Positions 35,264 through 44,804 of a DNA stretch of 64,000 nt are shown here, in pieces. The notes below the pieces were generated by a model. That model had not been told where the DNA came from, made no database searches, and worked only from the letters and a program-made list of their open reading frames with translations. Each line of letters begins with the position of its first letter. Positions within the stretch are counted from its first letter, which is position 1. The translations under genes and the position numbers were made by a program. The DNA lies in assembly GCA_045810485.1 (NCBI GenBank), contig JBJMVU010000090.1:11293-75292 (forward strand), written 5' to 3'. This DNA is from Massilia sp. Its GTDB lineage: Bacteria; Pseudomonadota; Gammaproteobacteria; Burkholderiales; Burkholderiaceae_D.

Positions 35264-37213
35264 TCAAGCGGCCCGCCGATGCGCGCTGGGGACGTGCAGG
35301 CGGACGGTGGTGCCGGCGCCGGTCCCGGACTCGATGGCCAGGTTGGCGTTGATATGCCGGGCCCGTTCGCGCATGATGTGCAATCCAACGTGGCTGTCGC
35401 CGGATGCGGGCACCGCGGCGGCATCGAACCCGACGCCATTATCGCTGATCGATAGCGAAAAGTCTTGGCCGTCGCGGACCTGGACGAGCACCTTGTCGGC
35501 ACGGGCGTGCTTGCGGATGTTGGACAGCGCTTCCTGCACGATGAACAGGAGCTGCAGCTGTTCCTCGCGGGCGAAGGGCAGGCCGCCGCTGCCTTCGGCC
35601 CGGAAGCTCGCTTCCACGCCCGTCTGGTCGCGGAATTTGCGCACGGCCTTGCGCAGCGCGCTGTTGAGGTCATCCTCTTCCAGCCGGCTGCGGAAGTTCT
35701 GCAACAGTTCGCGCACGTCCTCGTAGCTTTCCTGCACGCCCGCGCGCAGCATCGGCACGATGCCGGCCGCTTCCTGCTGTTCGCCGTCGCGCAGCGATTT
35801 TTCCAGCATCTGCACCTGCAGGTTGAGGAAGTTCAGGCCCTGGGCGATGCTGTCGTGCAGGCCGCGCGCCACCATGTTGCGTTCTTCCGAGATGGCCATT
35901 TCGCGCTCGCGCGCGGCCAGCCGCATGTTCTCGATGGCGGTGCCCAGGAGCCGGCCCAGCGTTTCCAACAGGGCGGTCTCGTGCTCGTTGAACGTTTTCT
36001 CGGTGCGGAAGTGCAGGCTGAACACGCCGAGGTGCTGTTCCTGGGCGAAAATCTGGAACACGGACACCGTCGCGAACCCGTCGCGCGCGCAGCGCGACAG
36101 TTCCGGACCGGGCAGCGTGCGCAGCAACCGCACGACGGGATGCCTGCCCTGCGCCGCTTCGCCGCACAGGCAGTCGCCGACGGGCATGCAGCGCTCCGCC
36201 CGCACCATATCCTCGGACAGCCCGACCTGCACGACCAGGTGGACGTTGTCGGTGTTGGTGTCGACGAGCCGCACCGACCCGCCGTCGGCGCCGAAGTAGC
36301 GCATGATGCGCCCGACGAAGCCTTCGCACATCGGCTCCAGCGTCTGCCGCACCTGCAGGAAGGCGGCGCTGTCGTACAGCAGCGCCAGTTCGCGATTCTG
36401 GCCTTCCAGCGCTGCCGTCTTCTCGCTCACCTTGTCTTCCAGGCTCGCGTAGACCTGTTCCAGGCGGTCCGCCATCCGGTTGAACCCCGTCGCGAGCTGG
36501 CCGAATTCGTCCTGGCTGGCCACGTCGAGGCGCACGCCGAAATCCGTGTCGGCCATGCTGCGCATCCCCGCGTGCAGCCGCTCGACCGGGTCGACGATGA
36601 AGCTGAACATCAGGTACACGAGGACGACGGTGCCGCCCATCGCCAGCGCCATCAGCGCCAACTGCGAGCAGCGCAGCCAGAACGTGCGCACCTCGTTGTC
36701 GCGTTCGATCAGGCCCACGATGGCGTCGATCCGGGCCACGTACGCGTCGACCCTGCCGAGAAAGTCGCGCAGCGGCGGCAGGCGGTCGTCGCCCCGCGCC
36801 TGCAGCACCTGCAGCGCGAGCGGCCGCAGTTCGCGCTGCCAGCGCACCGTGGCCATGGAAAAGCCGTCGCGGATGGCGGCGGTCGGCGGCAGGCCGAGGG
36901 GGCGCTGCGGGTCGCCCCGCTCGATCAGCGCCAGCGTGGCATCGATGCTCGCGATCTGTGCGCGCGCCTCGCGCGCATACCCGCCGCCGGGCGCGTGCAC
37001 GTCGCGGCCGAGGAGCATCGCGAGCCGGTATTCCTGCTTGCGCACGCCGCCCGTCTCGTTGATGGCGGCGGCCGAGCCTTCGAGCTGCCACGACAGCCAC
37101 AAGGTGGTACCGATGGCCGTCAACGCCAGCAGCAAAAAGCCGACCAGGGCACCGGCGATGCGGGTCGACAGGCGCAGGTGGCCCGGTATCGGCGGATAAT
37201 CCGGGGTCGTCAT
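35264..37213 (-). CDS. narX: Nitrate/nitrite sensor histidine kinase
   Basis: Starts at the ATG at 37213 (MTTPDYPP), with two TM helices flanking a P-box-like AINETGGVRKQEYRLAM. It also has HAMP, a GAF-like region, a HisKA_3 H-box (ARGLHDSIAQGL) and HATPase (ISDNGVGFD). The longer ORF to 37594 overlaps the can gene out of frame. Confidence 0.9.
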   Translation of the reverse strand: MTTPDYPPIPGHLRLSTRIAGALVGFLLLALTAIGTTLWLSWQLEGSAAAINETGGVRKQEYRLAMLLGRDVHAPGGGYAREARAQIASIDATLALIERGDPQRPLGLPPTAAIRDGFSMATVRWQRELRPLALQVLQARGDDRLPPLRDFLGRVDAYVARIDAIVGLIERDNEVRTFWLRCSQLALMALAMGGTVVLVYLMFSFIVDPVERLHAGMRSMADTDFGVRLDVASQDEFGQLATGFNRMADRLEQVYASLEDKVSEKTAALEGQNRELALLYDSAAFLQVRQTLEPMCEGFVGRIMRYFGADGGSVRLVDTNTDNVHLVVQVGLSEDMVRAERCMPVGDCLCGEAAQGRHPVVRLLRTLPGPELSRCARDGFATVSVFQIFAQEQHLGVFSLHFRTEKTFNEHETALLETLGRLLGTAIENMRLAAREREMAISEERNMVARGLHDSIAQGLNFLNLQVQMLEKSLRDGEQQEAAGIVPMLRAGVQESYEDVRELLQNFRSRLEEDDLNSALRKAVRKFRDQTGVEASFRAEGSGGLPFAREEQLQLLFIVQEALSNIRKHARADKVLVQVRDGQDFSLSISDNGVGFDAAAVPASGDSHVGLHIMRERARHINANLAIESGTGAGTTVRLHVPSAHRRAA

Positions 37214-37856
37214 GCGGCAGCATCCAGCGGCTGTACGAGGTTCAGGAATTCCTGCTTGCGCGGGGAGTAGGCGAGCAGCGAGCCGGTCTCGATGTCGAAG
37301 TACCAGCCGTGCAGCGCGAGCTTGCCCGCTTCCACCCGCCGGCGCAGCCACGGGTAGGTCATCAGGTTGTCGAGCGAATGGAGGATGCTGGCCTGCTCCG
37401 CGGCGCGGCAGCGGGCGTCGTCGTGCTTGTGCGGCAGCGCGCGCAGCACTTCCTCGCGCACGGGTTCCGCGATGCGCATCCAGCGCGCGACGAAATCCGT
37501 CTCCTCGGTCACGCGCTTGCCCGACATGAGGGCCCGGATGCCGCCGCAGCGCGCATGTCCCAGCACGACGACGCGCGCCACTTCCAGGTCGCACACGGCG
37601 AATCGATGGCGGAGCTGACGCCGGCCGACGCGTCCGCGGTGCAGGGCGGCACGAGGTTCGCGATATTGCGGACGACGAAGATGTCGCCCGGATCGCAGCC
37701 CGTGAGGAGTGCCGGGTCGACGCGCGAATCGCAGCAGCCGATGACGAGCGTGGACGGATGCTGGCTGTCGCGCAGCGAGGCGCGCACGACCGGCTCGCTC
37801 ATGAAGCGCTGCTGGAAGCGGGAAAAGCCGCGGATGAAGCGTTCGATATCCTGCAC
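37210..37856 (-). pseudogene. can: Beta-class carbonic anhydrase interrupted by a 1-nt frameshift
   Basis: The N-terminal part (ORF 37509..37856) carries CCDSRVDP...FVVRNIANLVPP...GVSSAI. The C-terminal part (ORF 37210..37596) continues FAVCDLEVARVVVLGHARCGGIRAL in the -1 register. The join at about 37600-37606 reads atcgattcgcc where atcgaNttcgcc is expected. Confidence 0.75.
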
Positions 37857-37857
37857 G

Positions 37858-38832
37858 TCAGCCTCCCGTCTGCGACATGAAGCGCACGATCTTTTCCGGC
37901 CGCGCCGCGAAGTCGTGCTGGTGGGGCTTGAGTTCGATGGCGTGGCGGATCGCGGCTTCCAGTTCCGCGTCGCTGGCGCCGCCGCGCAGCAGCGGGCGGA
38001 ATTCGAATTTCTCTTCCTGGCCCAGGCACAGGTACAGGGTACCGTCGACGGACAGGCGCACGCGGTTGCAGGTGGCGCAGAAGTGCTGCGACATCGGGGT
38101 GATGAAGCCGATGCTGCTGTTGCCGTCGCGCGTGGCGAGGTAGCGCGCGGGTCCGCCGCCCAGTTCCAGCGCCTGCGGCACGAGGTCGAATCGTTCCCGC
38201 AACCGTTCCCGGACCGGCTGCAGGTCCATATAAGCGGTGTTCCGGCCGGTGGCGCCCATCGGCATCACTTCGATCAGGCGGAGCACGAAGCCGTGTCCGA
38301 TGCAGAACTCGGCCATGCGCTCGATCTCGCCGTCGTTCACGCCGCGCATGGCGACCATGTTGATCTTGATGGGATCGAAGCCGGCCTCCTTGCCGGCCAT
38401 GATGCCGTCCAGGGTGCGCGCGTGGCTGTCGCGGCCCGTGATCGACTGCATGCATGTGCGGTCCAGCGTGTCGAGGCTGACGTTGATGCGCGCCACGCCG
38501 GCCCGCCGCAGCGCCCCGGCGTGGCGGCGCAGGGTCGTGGCGTTGGTCGACAGCGACAGGTCGTCGACGCCGGGAATCGCGGCGATGCGTCCGGCCAGGT
38601 CGGTCACGTGGCGGCGCAGCAGCGGCTCGCCGCCGGTCAGGCGAATGCGGCGCGTGCCCAGGCGGGCGAAGGCACGCAGCAGGCGCTCGATCTCGTCGAA
38701 GGTGAGCCAGTGGTCCGGCTCCTCGAAGCCCTTGAAGCCTGTCGGCATGCAATACGAGCAACGCAGGTCGCAGCGGTCCGTCACGGACAGGCGCAGGTAT
38801 TCGATCGTTCGGCCGTAGCGGTCGCGCAACAT
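37858..38832 (-). CDS. moaA: GTP 3',8-cyclase (molybdenum cofactor biosynthesis protein A)
   Basis: YLRLSVTDRCDLRCSYCMP radical-SAM motif, and C-terminal FCATCNRVRLSVDGTLYLCLG. Confidence 0.93.
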   Translation of the reverse strand: MLRDRYGRTIEYLRLSVTDRCDLRCSYCMPTGFKGFEEPDHWLTFDEIERLLRAFARLGTRRIRLTGGEPLLRRHVTDLAGRIAAIPGVDDLSLSTNATTLRRHAGALRRAGVARINVSLDTLDRTCMQSITGRDSHARTLDGIMAGKEAGFDPIKINMVAMRGVNDGEIERMAEFCIGHGFVLRLIEVMPMGATGRNTAYMDLQPVRERLRERFDLVPQALELGGGPARYLATRDGNSSIGFITPMSQHFCATCNRVRLSVDGTLYLCLGQEEKFEFRPLLRGGASDAELEAAIRHAIELKPHQHDFAARPEKIVRFMSQTGG

Positions 38833-38975
38833 CGCGGTTCTCCAATGGGGTGATGGTGAAGATTGTAGAGACCGCGCGCCACTCTGGCTGTCGGCATGAC
38901 GGAGGACGCGGGCTAGTTCTTTCGGCCTATGTCAGGCCACACCGGGACGATCCGCATGGTCAGGCTCGAACCGCC

Positions 38976-39188
38976 TTAGCGATGTGCGCGGCGCATCAGC
39001 GCATCGATGCCCGCGACCGTGCCGGCCATCGCCAGCGCCGCGACGCCGGCGCCGGCCCAGGTGGCGATCCGGTCGCCGGCCGCCCACTCCTGCCACGCCA
39101 GCACGGCGGGCATCAGCAGCATCGGCGCCGTCATCGCGCCGGCGAGCCAGGCGTGGCGGCGCACGCCGGCGGACACGCTCTCAGCCAC
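38976..39188 (-). CDS. Small predicted 2-TM membrane protein (70 aa), unknown function
   Basis: The GTG start overlaps the stop of the upstream HMA-like gene by 8 nt. Nearly every codon ends in G/C, which is a coding signature in this genome. There are two hydrophobic stretches (AWLAGAMTAPMLLMPAVLAW, WAGAGVAALAMAGTVAGI). Confidence 0.5.
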   Translation of the reverse strand: MAESVSAGVRRHAWLAGAMTAPMLLMPAVLAWQEWAAGDRIATWAGAGVAALAMAGTVAGIDALMRRAHR

Positions 39189-39426
39189 CGCAGCACCCGC
39201 CGCAGCAGCCGCCGCGTTCCTTGTTCACCTCCGCGTAGCCCGCGCCCGTCAGCGCGGCGGTGATGGCGTGGGTCGACGTGGCGTCCTCGTCGAACTCCAC
39301 GTGCATCTCGCGGCCGCCCGGCTGCAGGTCGACGCCGCGCACGCCGGGCAGGGTGCACAGGGCGCTCGTGAGGCGTTCGATGTCGGCGAAGGCGAGGGGG
39401 GCCGAGAACTGGAAATCGTGTTGCAT
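39181..39426 (-). CDS. HMA-fold (ferredoxin-like) small protein lacking the CxxC motif, with C-terminal GGCCGGCCGG tail
   Basis: The ATG is preceded by AAGGAG. The sequence pattern matches heavy-metal-associated domains (ALCTLPGVRGVDLQPGGREMHVEFDEDATSTHAITAALTGAGYAE), but the N-terminal loop is APLAFAD instead of GMTCxxC. The tail is KERGGCCGGCCGG. GC3 is high. Confidence 0.65.
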   Translation of the reverse strand: MQHDFQFSAPLAFADIERLTSALCTLPGVRGVDLQPGGREMHVEFDEDATSTHAITAALTGAGYAEVNKERGGCCGGCCGG

Positions 39427-39515
39427 GATGCTCCTTTTGCGATGGGTCGTTGGTACACCGCCAGCGTAGGGCGCCGCGCCAACCCTGTCCTTGAACCGGG
39501 TTCAGGTTTTACGAA

Positions 39516-41966
39516 TCAGGCGCAGCCGCCCAGGTAGTGGCACGCCGTGCAGCGGGTGCAGCCGTCGACCTTGCGCAGCGCGCGTGCGCCGCATTCCGGG
39601 CACTTGGCGCCCGTTTCCTCGACCGCCGCCAGGGCCGGCGCCGGGGCCTCGTCCGGCGTGCCGCGGTGCGCGAGCAGCCGGTCAAGGGCGTCGGCGGGCA
39701 CCTGGTTGCCGTAGGCGTCCAGGAACCCGCGCCGGATCAGGATCCGCTGCAGCATGAAGGCGATCGCCGCCACCTCCGAATCGTGGTAAACGGGCACCTG
39801 CACGCCGTCCGCCCGTGTCAGGTGGCCGCAGCGCACCGGTCCCTTTTCCCACACGACGGCGCGCATGTCGGCGAGGGCCTTCGCGATGGAACTGCCGGCG
39901 CGCGCGGCCAGCGACAGCAGTCGCATCGTGGACGTGATCCACTGGTGGCCGTCGCTGCGCTGGTTCGCGGGCATGAAGAATTCGAACGGGCGCTCGATGG
40001 CCAACGCCCGTCCGTTCAGTCTTCCGTCCACGCGCATGAAGCTGATGGTGAGGTAGACGGTCTTCTTGCCTTCCTGCGTCGTGTACTCGACCTTGGACGT
40101 GACGGACTCCAGTTCGCCCGCCGGCCGGCTTTCGAAGCGGCGGCGCAGCGGATCGATGTCGTCCGGGGCCTCGGCGGACGGCGGGGGCGCCACGCTCAGC
40201 ACGCTGCCCGTGACGGCGTTCGGCCGGTACGTGGCGAGGCCCTTCAGACCGGCGCGCCACGCCTCCGTATATAAATCCTTGAACTCGTCGAACGGGTAGT
40301 CGGCCGGCACGTTGACGGTCTTCGAGATCGCGCCATCGACGTAGGGCTGCACGGCCGCCATCATGCCGAGGTGGTCCTGCGCGGACATCTCCAGCGCCGT
40401 CACGAACTGCGGCGGGAGCGCGGACACGTCGTGCCCGAGGTGGCGGTACAGGCGCCACGCGTGGTCGGCCACCTCGTAGATGCGCGTGCTGTCGTCCGGC
40501 ATGCGCTTCCTGCGCCGGTAGACCCACGAGAACGCGGGCTCGATGCCGTTGGACGCATTGTCCGCGAACGCGAGGGCGATGGTGCCGGTGGGCGCGATCG
40601 ACATCAGGTGCGAGTTGCGGATGCCATGGCGGGCGATTCGCTCGCGCAGCTCGTCCGGCAGGCGCCGCGCGAACGCGCCGTCCAGGTAGCGTTCCGCGTC
40701 GAACAGCGGGAACGCGCCTTTTTCGCGGGCGAGTTCCACGGAGGCGTCGTAGGCGGCGTCGCGCAGCGCGCGCGTGACGTCGGCGGCGAAGGTGCGGCCC
40801 TCGTCGGCGTCGTAGCGCAGGCCCAGCATGACGAGGGCGCTGCCCAGGCCCAGGAAGCCGATGCCGATGCGGCGCTTGTTGCGGCCTTCCGCCGCCTGCT
40901 GCGGCAGGGGCCATTCGGTGGCGTCGAGCGCGAGGTCGAGCATGCGCACGCCCACGGCCGTCACGTCGCGGAAGGTGTCGAAGTCGAAGCGCGCCTCCGG
41001 CGTGAACGGCTGGCGCACGAAGGTCGTCAGGTCGAGCGAACCGAGGTCGCAGCAGCCGTACGGCGGCAGGGGCTGTTCGCCGCACGGGTTGGTGGCGGCG
41101 AGCGTCTCGGCGTAGTACAGGTTGTTCTCGCCGTTGATGCGGTCCAGGAACAGCACGCCCGGCTCCGCGTGGTCGTAGGTCGACCGGATCACCTTGTCCC
41201 ACAGGTCGCGCGCCCGCACCGTCCGGTACACCCAGCGGCCGTCGGCACGCAGGTAAGCACCGTTCGCCTGGTGGTCCGGCCCCGGGTCGGCGGCGTGCGT
41301 CAGCTCGACGGCGTCGTCGTCCAGCACGGCGCGCATGAACGCGTCCGTGACGCCGACAGACAAATTGAAATTGCTGAACGCGCCGCCGTCCTTGGCGGCG
41401 ACGAATGCTTCGATGTCGGGGTGGTCGATGCGCAGCACGCCCATCTGCGCGCCGCGGCGGGCGCCGGCCGATTCCACCGTGCGGCACGACGCGTCGAACA
41501 CGGCCATGTACGATACCGGGCCGGACGCGCGCGACTGCGTGCCTTTCACGAGGCTGCCGGCGGGGCGGATCGAAGAAAAGTCGTAGCCGACCCCGCCGCC
41601 GCGGCGCATGGTCTCCGCGGCGTCGGCCACGGCGCCGTAGATCCCGGGCACCGCGCCGTCGCGGCCCGAGATGGCGTCGCCGACGGGTTGCACGAAGCAG
41701 TTCATCAGGGTGGCCTTCAGGCCGACGCCGGCGGCCGAGTTGATGCGGCCGGCGGGCACGAAGCCGTGGTCCTGCGCCCACAGGAAGCGCTGCTCCATTT
41801 CCAGGCGCAGCGGCTCGGGTTCGTGCGCGGCGAGCGCGCGGGCCACGCGCGCGCGCACTTCCGCGACCGTGGTCTCGGCGCCTTTCGCGTATTTTTCGCG
41901 CAGTACGTCGGCCGACACGTCCTGCGTCGGCATGGCTGCGGCAAACAGGGATTCGTTGGCGTTCAT
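39516..41966 (-). CDS. nrdJ: Adenosylcobalamin-dependent (class II) ribonucleotide reductase
   Basis: 816 aa: [18 protein letters not shown] active-site region, and a C-terminal Cys-rich tail [28 protein letters not shown]. Confidence 0.95.
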   Translation of the reverse strand: MNANESLFAAAMPTQDVSADVLREKYAKGAETTVAEVRARVARALAAHEPEPLRLEMEQRFLWAQDHGFVPAGRINSAAGVGLKATLMNCFVQPVGDAISGRDGAVPGIYGAVADAAETMRRGGGVGYDFSSIRPAGSLVKGTQSRASGPVSYMAVFDASCRTVESAGARRGAQMGVLRIDHPDIEAFVAAKDGGAFSNFNLSVGVTDAFMRAVLDDDAVELTHAADPGPDHQANGAYLRADGRWVYRTVRARDLWDKVIRSTYDHAEPGVLFLDRINGENNLYYAETLAATNPCGEQPLPPYGCCDLGSLDLTTFVRQPFTPEARFDFDTFRDVTAVGVRMLDLALDATEWPLPQQAAEGRNKRRIGIGFLGLGSALVMLGLRYDADEGRTFAADVTRALRDAAYDASVELAREKGAFPLFDAERYLDGAFARRLPDELRERIARHGIRNSHLMSIAPTGTIALAFADNASNGIEPAFSWVYRRRKRMPDDSTRIYEVADHAWRLYRHLGHDVSALPPQFVTALEMSAQDHLGMMAAVQPYVDGAISKTVNVPADYPFDEFKDLYTEAWRAGLKGLATYRPNAVTGSVLSVAPPPSAEAPDDIDPLRRRFESRPAGELESVTSKVEYTTQEGKKTVYLTISFMRVDGRLNGRALAIERPFEFFMPANQRSDGHQWITSTMRLLSLAARAGSSIAKALADMRAVVWEKGPVRCGHLTRADGVQVPVYHDSEVAAIAFMLQRILIRRGFLDAYGNQVPADALDRLLAHRGTPDEAPAPALAAVEETGAKCPECGARALRKVDGCTRCTACHYLGGCA

Positions 41967-42021
41967 TTCGTCCTCGGTGGTAGTCAGGCGTCCACTATCC
42001 CCGAGGCGCGCCGGCCCCGCC

Positions 42022-42420
42022 TTAAACTGGTTGAAGCAATCGGCGCTCGGCCGCCAGCAAGGCCACGTCGTCCGCCACCTCGCGCGCGAGGACCGCGGCT
42101 TCGGCCGGGTCGAACTGCATGTGGTAGCGCTTGCGCACGCCGTGTTCGGCCAGCTGGAAGTGCAGGTCCGGCGTCACGCCGTGCCGCGCGAGGCAGTTGC
42201 GCGCGCATTCCAGCGGACAGCCGTCGACGGCGACGACGGGCCGCCCCGACTTCGCCAGCTTGACGAGCGACGGCACGTCGCCGCCCACACCGGCGATGCA
42301 CGACATCTCGGCCACGTCGGCGCGGTCCAGCTCCAGCGCGATGTGGTTGGCCATCTGTGCCGCGCTGGAACAGCCGGAGCAGGAATACACGAGGGGGAAA
42401 ACGGTACGGTCACGGCCCAT
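42022..42420 (-). CDS. DGC-domain putative zinc-binding protein
   Basis: [18 protein letters not shown]...[15 protein letters not shown] matches the DGC (DUF1284-like) cysteine pattern. Confidence 0.75.
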   Translation of the reverse strand: MGRDRTVFPLVYSCSGCSSAAQMANHIALELDRADVAEMSCIAGVGGDVPSLVKLAKSGRPVVAVDGCPLECARNCLARHGVTPDLHFQLAEHGVRKRYHMQFDPAEAAVLAREVADDVALLAAERRLLQPV

Positions 42421-42433
42421 GGCGGGTCTCCTT

Positions 42434-42835
42434 TCAACGGTCGATGGCGTCCAGCGTATTCTTGATGAGCAGTCCCAGCTCGGTATCGCCCTCCATGACG
42501 AGGCGGCGGCTGAAGAACAGCGTGTCCGGGTCCTCGCGGCGCGTGGCCAGCAGGCCCAGGTCGTACAGGGTCGCGCCGATGACGACGTCCGGTTCCGTCG
42601 TCGACGTCACGGCCGCGAACGAGCGCCCGTTCCACGCGACGTCGAAGGCGACGCCCGCGTCCAGCACGGCCAGGCGCAGCCGCTTGCGCAGAAGCTGCGC
42701 GCGCACGTCGGCGTCCAGGTGGGGTTTCAGACCGGCGTTCAGCCCGGCCGCGAACAGCCACGCGCCGGGCCGGCCGGGCAGCCGCGACAGGACGTGGCGG
42801 ATGGGCGCCGGCAGGCGGCAGGGGGAGGCGTTCAT
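42434..42835 (-). CDS. ubiT: SCP2-domain accessory factor of O2-independent ubiquinone biosynthesis
   Basis: C-terminal REDPDTLFFSRRLVMEGDTELGLLIKNTLDAI closely resembles E. coli UbiT/YhbT. The ATG overlaps the ubiV stop (ATGA). Confidence 0.85.
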   Translation of the reverse strand: MNASPCRLPAPIRHVLSRLPGRPGAWLFAAGLNAGLKPHLDADVRAQLLRKRLRLAVLDAGVAFDVAWNGRSFAAVTSTTEPDVVIGATLYDLGLLATRREDPDTLFFSRRLVMEGDTELGLLIKNTLDAIDR

Positions 42836-43719
42836 GCGGTGACCTCCTCGAGGCCGGGGCGGCCGTGCCAGAAGCCGTTGCACGCGGCGGCCGGCATCCA
42901 CGCGCGCATGCGCTCGCGCGCGGCGGCCCCGGACAGGGACCCCGTCAGCACGTCGTGCACGCTGGCGACGATGTCCGCCATGTGGGCCGACTGCGGGCTG
43001 AGACGCACGACGCCCACGCCCAGTTCGCGCATGGCGGGCAGCACGTCGACGAGGTTGTAGACCTTGGCTGACTGGGTCTGGATGCCGTTCAGCACGAGGA
43101 ACGGCTTGCCTTCCTGCGTGTTCAGCACGAAGCCGTCCGGATGCTCCAGGCAGCTGAAGCGGCAATCGTCCTTCGGCAGGTTGCGGTGGCGCGCCGTGAA
43201 GCAGCGGGCGGAAAACGCGAGCGGCATGCGTCCGTAGGCGAATACCTCGGTTTCCACGCCGGCCGGCAAGTCGGACTGCATCGCGGCGAGGCTCGCGGAC
43301 GGCATCTCCAGCGGCGCGACCCAGCGCACGGCGCCGGCGCGCGCGAGCAGGGCGAGGGTCGCCGGGTTGTACACGTTCAGGTGCGGTCCGGCGACGAACG
43401 GACGCCCGTCGACGCAATGGACGGCTCCCATATCGTTGGCCTCGACGAGGAAGCGCCCGTTGGCGGCAACGCGCCGCAGCGCACTCAAATCGGACGGCGA
43501 TTCGATCAGGACCTGGGTCGACAGCACGACCTCCTTGCCGGCGGCTGCCAGGCGGTCAGCGAGAGTCAGCCAGTCGGATGGGCGCAGCTCGTGCCGGCGC
43601 GAGCACACGGTGTCGCCGAGGTAGACCATGTCGACGGGCGTCTCCGCCATCGCGTCGTAGAACGCGAACACGGTGTCGCGCGGCCAGTAGTATTGCAGGG
43701 GCCCGAGGGCAATTTTCAT
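42832..43719 (-). CDS. ubiV: U32-family O2-independent ubiquinone hydroxylase subunit
   Basis: MKIALGPLQYYWPRDTVFAFY...FAYGRMPLAFSARCFTARHRNLPKDDCRFSC (YhbV-like Cys motif). Confidence 0.9.
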   Translation of the reverse strand: MKIALGPLQYYWPRDTVFAFYDAMAETPVDMVYLGDTVCSRRHELRPSDWLTLADRLAAAGKEVVLSTQVLIESPSDLSALRRVAANGRFLVEANDMGAVHCVDGRPFVAGPHLNVYNPATLALLARAGAVRWVAPLEMPSASLAAMQSDLPAGVETEVFAYGRMPLAFSARCFTARHRNLPKDDCRFSCLEHPDGFVLNTQEGKPFLVLNGIQTQSAKVYNLVDVLPAMRELGVGVVRLSPQSAHMADIVASVHDVLTGSLSGAAARERMRAWMPAAACNGFWHGRPGLEEVTA

Positions 43720-43739
43720 GGTGGTCTTTCGGGGCGAGG

Positions 43740-44750
43740 TTATTTCCAGGGACGGTGGTAGGCGCCGAGCGTGTGCTGGCTCCCTTCGGCGACGTTGTCC
43801 AGGCTCGTCATCCACTCGCGCCGGACCGTGTGGCGGCCGTGTTCCGCCATACAGGCGTCGATGGCGGCGCGCCACACGCGCGTGACCTGCGCCACATAGG
43901 CCGGGCTGCGCTGGCGGCCTTCGATCTTGATGGCGCGCGCGTCCGCCGCCACCAGCTGCGGCAGGATCTCGAGCGTGTTCAGGCTCGCCGGTTCCTCGAT
44001 CGCGTAATACGTCTCGCCGCCCACGTCGAAGCGGCCCTTGCACAAGGTGGGGTAGCCGGCCTGCTCGCCGTCGCCGTAGCGGTCGATCAGGACGTCGTAC
44101 AGGCGGGCCTCCAGCGCACGCGGCGTCCGTGTCCACCGTACGGCCTTCGCGGGCGAGCACACGCCGTGGGTATTGGGCGATTCGCCCGTGGCGTACGACG
44201 ACAGCTGGCAGCGGCCCTCTGCCATCACGCACAGGCTGCCGAAGCCGAACACCTCGATCTCGACGGGGGCATGTTCGATCACCCGTTCGACCTGGGCCAG
44301 CGACAGTACGCGCGGCAGCACGGCGCGCGCGATGCCGAAGTGGCGGTGGTAGAACGCGATGGCGTCGATGTTCGTGGCCGACCCCTGCACGGACAGGTGC
44401 AGCCGCAGCTGCGGGTGCACGCGCGCCGCGTACTCCATCAGGCCAGGGTCGGCGAGGATCACGGCGTCGACACCGTGCGTGGCGGCGCGGTCGAGCGCCA
44501 GGCGCCAGATGGCGTCGCCGCCCGGCTGCGGGTAGGTGTTCAGGGCGAGGAAGACCTTGCGGTTGCGGTCGTGGGCATAGCGGATGCCGTCGATGATCGC
44601 CTCTGCGGAAAAATTCAGGCCGGCGAAGTTGCGCGCATTGGTCGCGTCGCGAAAACCGAGGTAGACGCAGTCGGCGCCGTGGTCGACGGCGGCCTTGAGG
44701 GCCGGCAGGCTGCCGGCGGGACAAACGAGTTCGAGGGAGGGGGAGGTCAT
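43740..44750 (-). CDS. ubiU: U32-family O2-independent ubiquinone hydroxylase subunit
   Basis: LELVCPAGSLPALKAAVDHGADCVYLGFRDATNARNFAGLNF...GSLCVMAEGRCQLSSYATGESPNTHGVCSP...IKIEGRQRSPAYV...LGAYHRPWK is collinear with E. coli UbiU/YhbU. The start is taken at ATG 44750; the TTG at 44819 is less likely. Confidence 0.9.
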   Translation of the reverse strand: MTSPSLELVCPAGSLPALKAAVDHGADCVYLGFRDATNARNFAGLNFSAEAIIDGIRYAHDRNRKVFLALNTYPQPGGDAIWRLALDRAATHGVDAVILADPGLMEYAARVHPQLRLHLSVQGSATNIDAIAFYHRHFGIARAVLPRVLSLAQVERVIEHAPVEIEVFGFGSLCVMAEGRCQLSSYATGESPNTHGVCSPAKAVRWTRTPRALEARLYDVLIDRYGDGEQAGYPTLCKGRFDVGGETYYAIEEPASLNTLEILPQLVAADARAIKIEGRQRSPAYVAQVTRVWRAAIDACMAEHGRHTVRREWMTSLDNVAEGSQHTLGAYHRPWK

Positions 44751-44804
44751 GGCGGGCGGGTGAACGGTAACGCAAGCAGCATAGAGTTGCGCCGCCCGCG
44801 CCGC

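Noticed and set aside
37214-37594. 127-codon N-terminal extension of narX
   Set aside because: It overlaps the carbonic anhydrase reading frame, is Arg/Ala-rich, and the NarX membrane topology starts at MTTPDYPP (ATG 37213).
43720-44775. Upstream 350 codons of ORF 42832..44775
   Set aside because: It is off-frame overlap with ubiU, and the UbiV homology begins at MKIALGPLQYYWP (ATG 43719).
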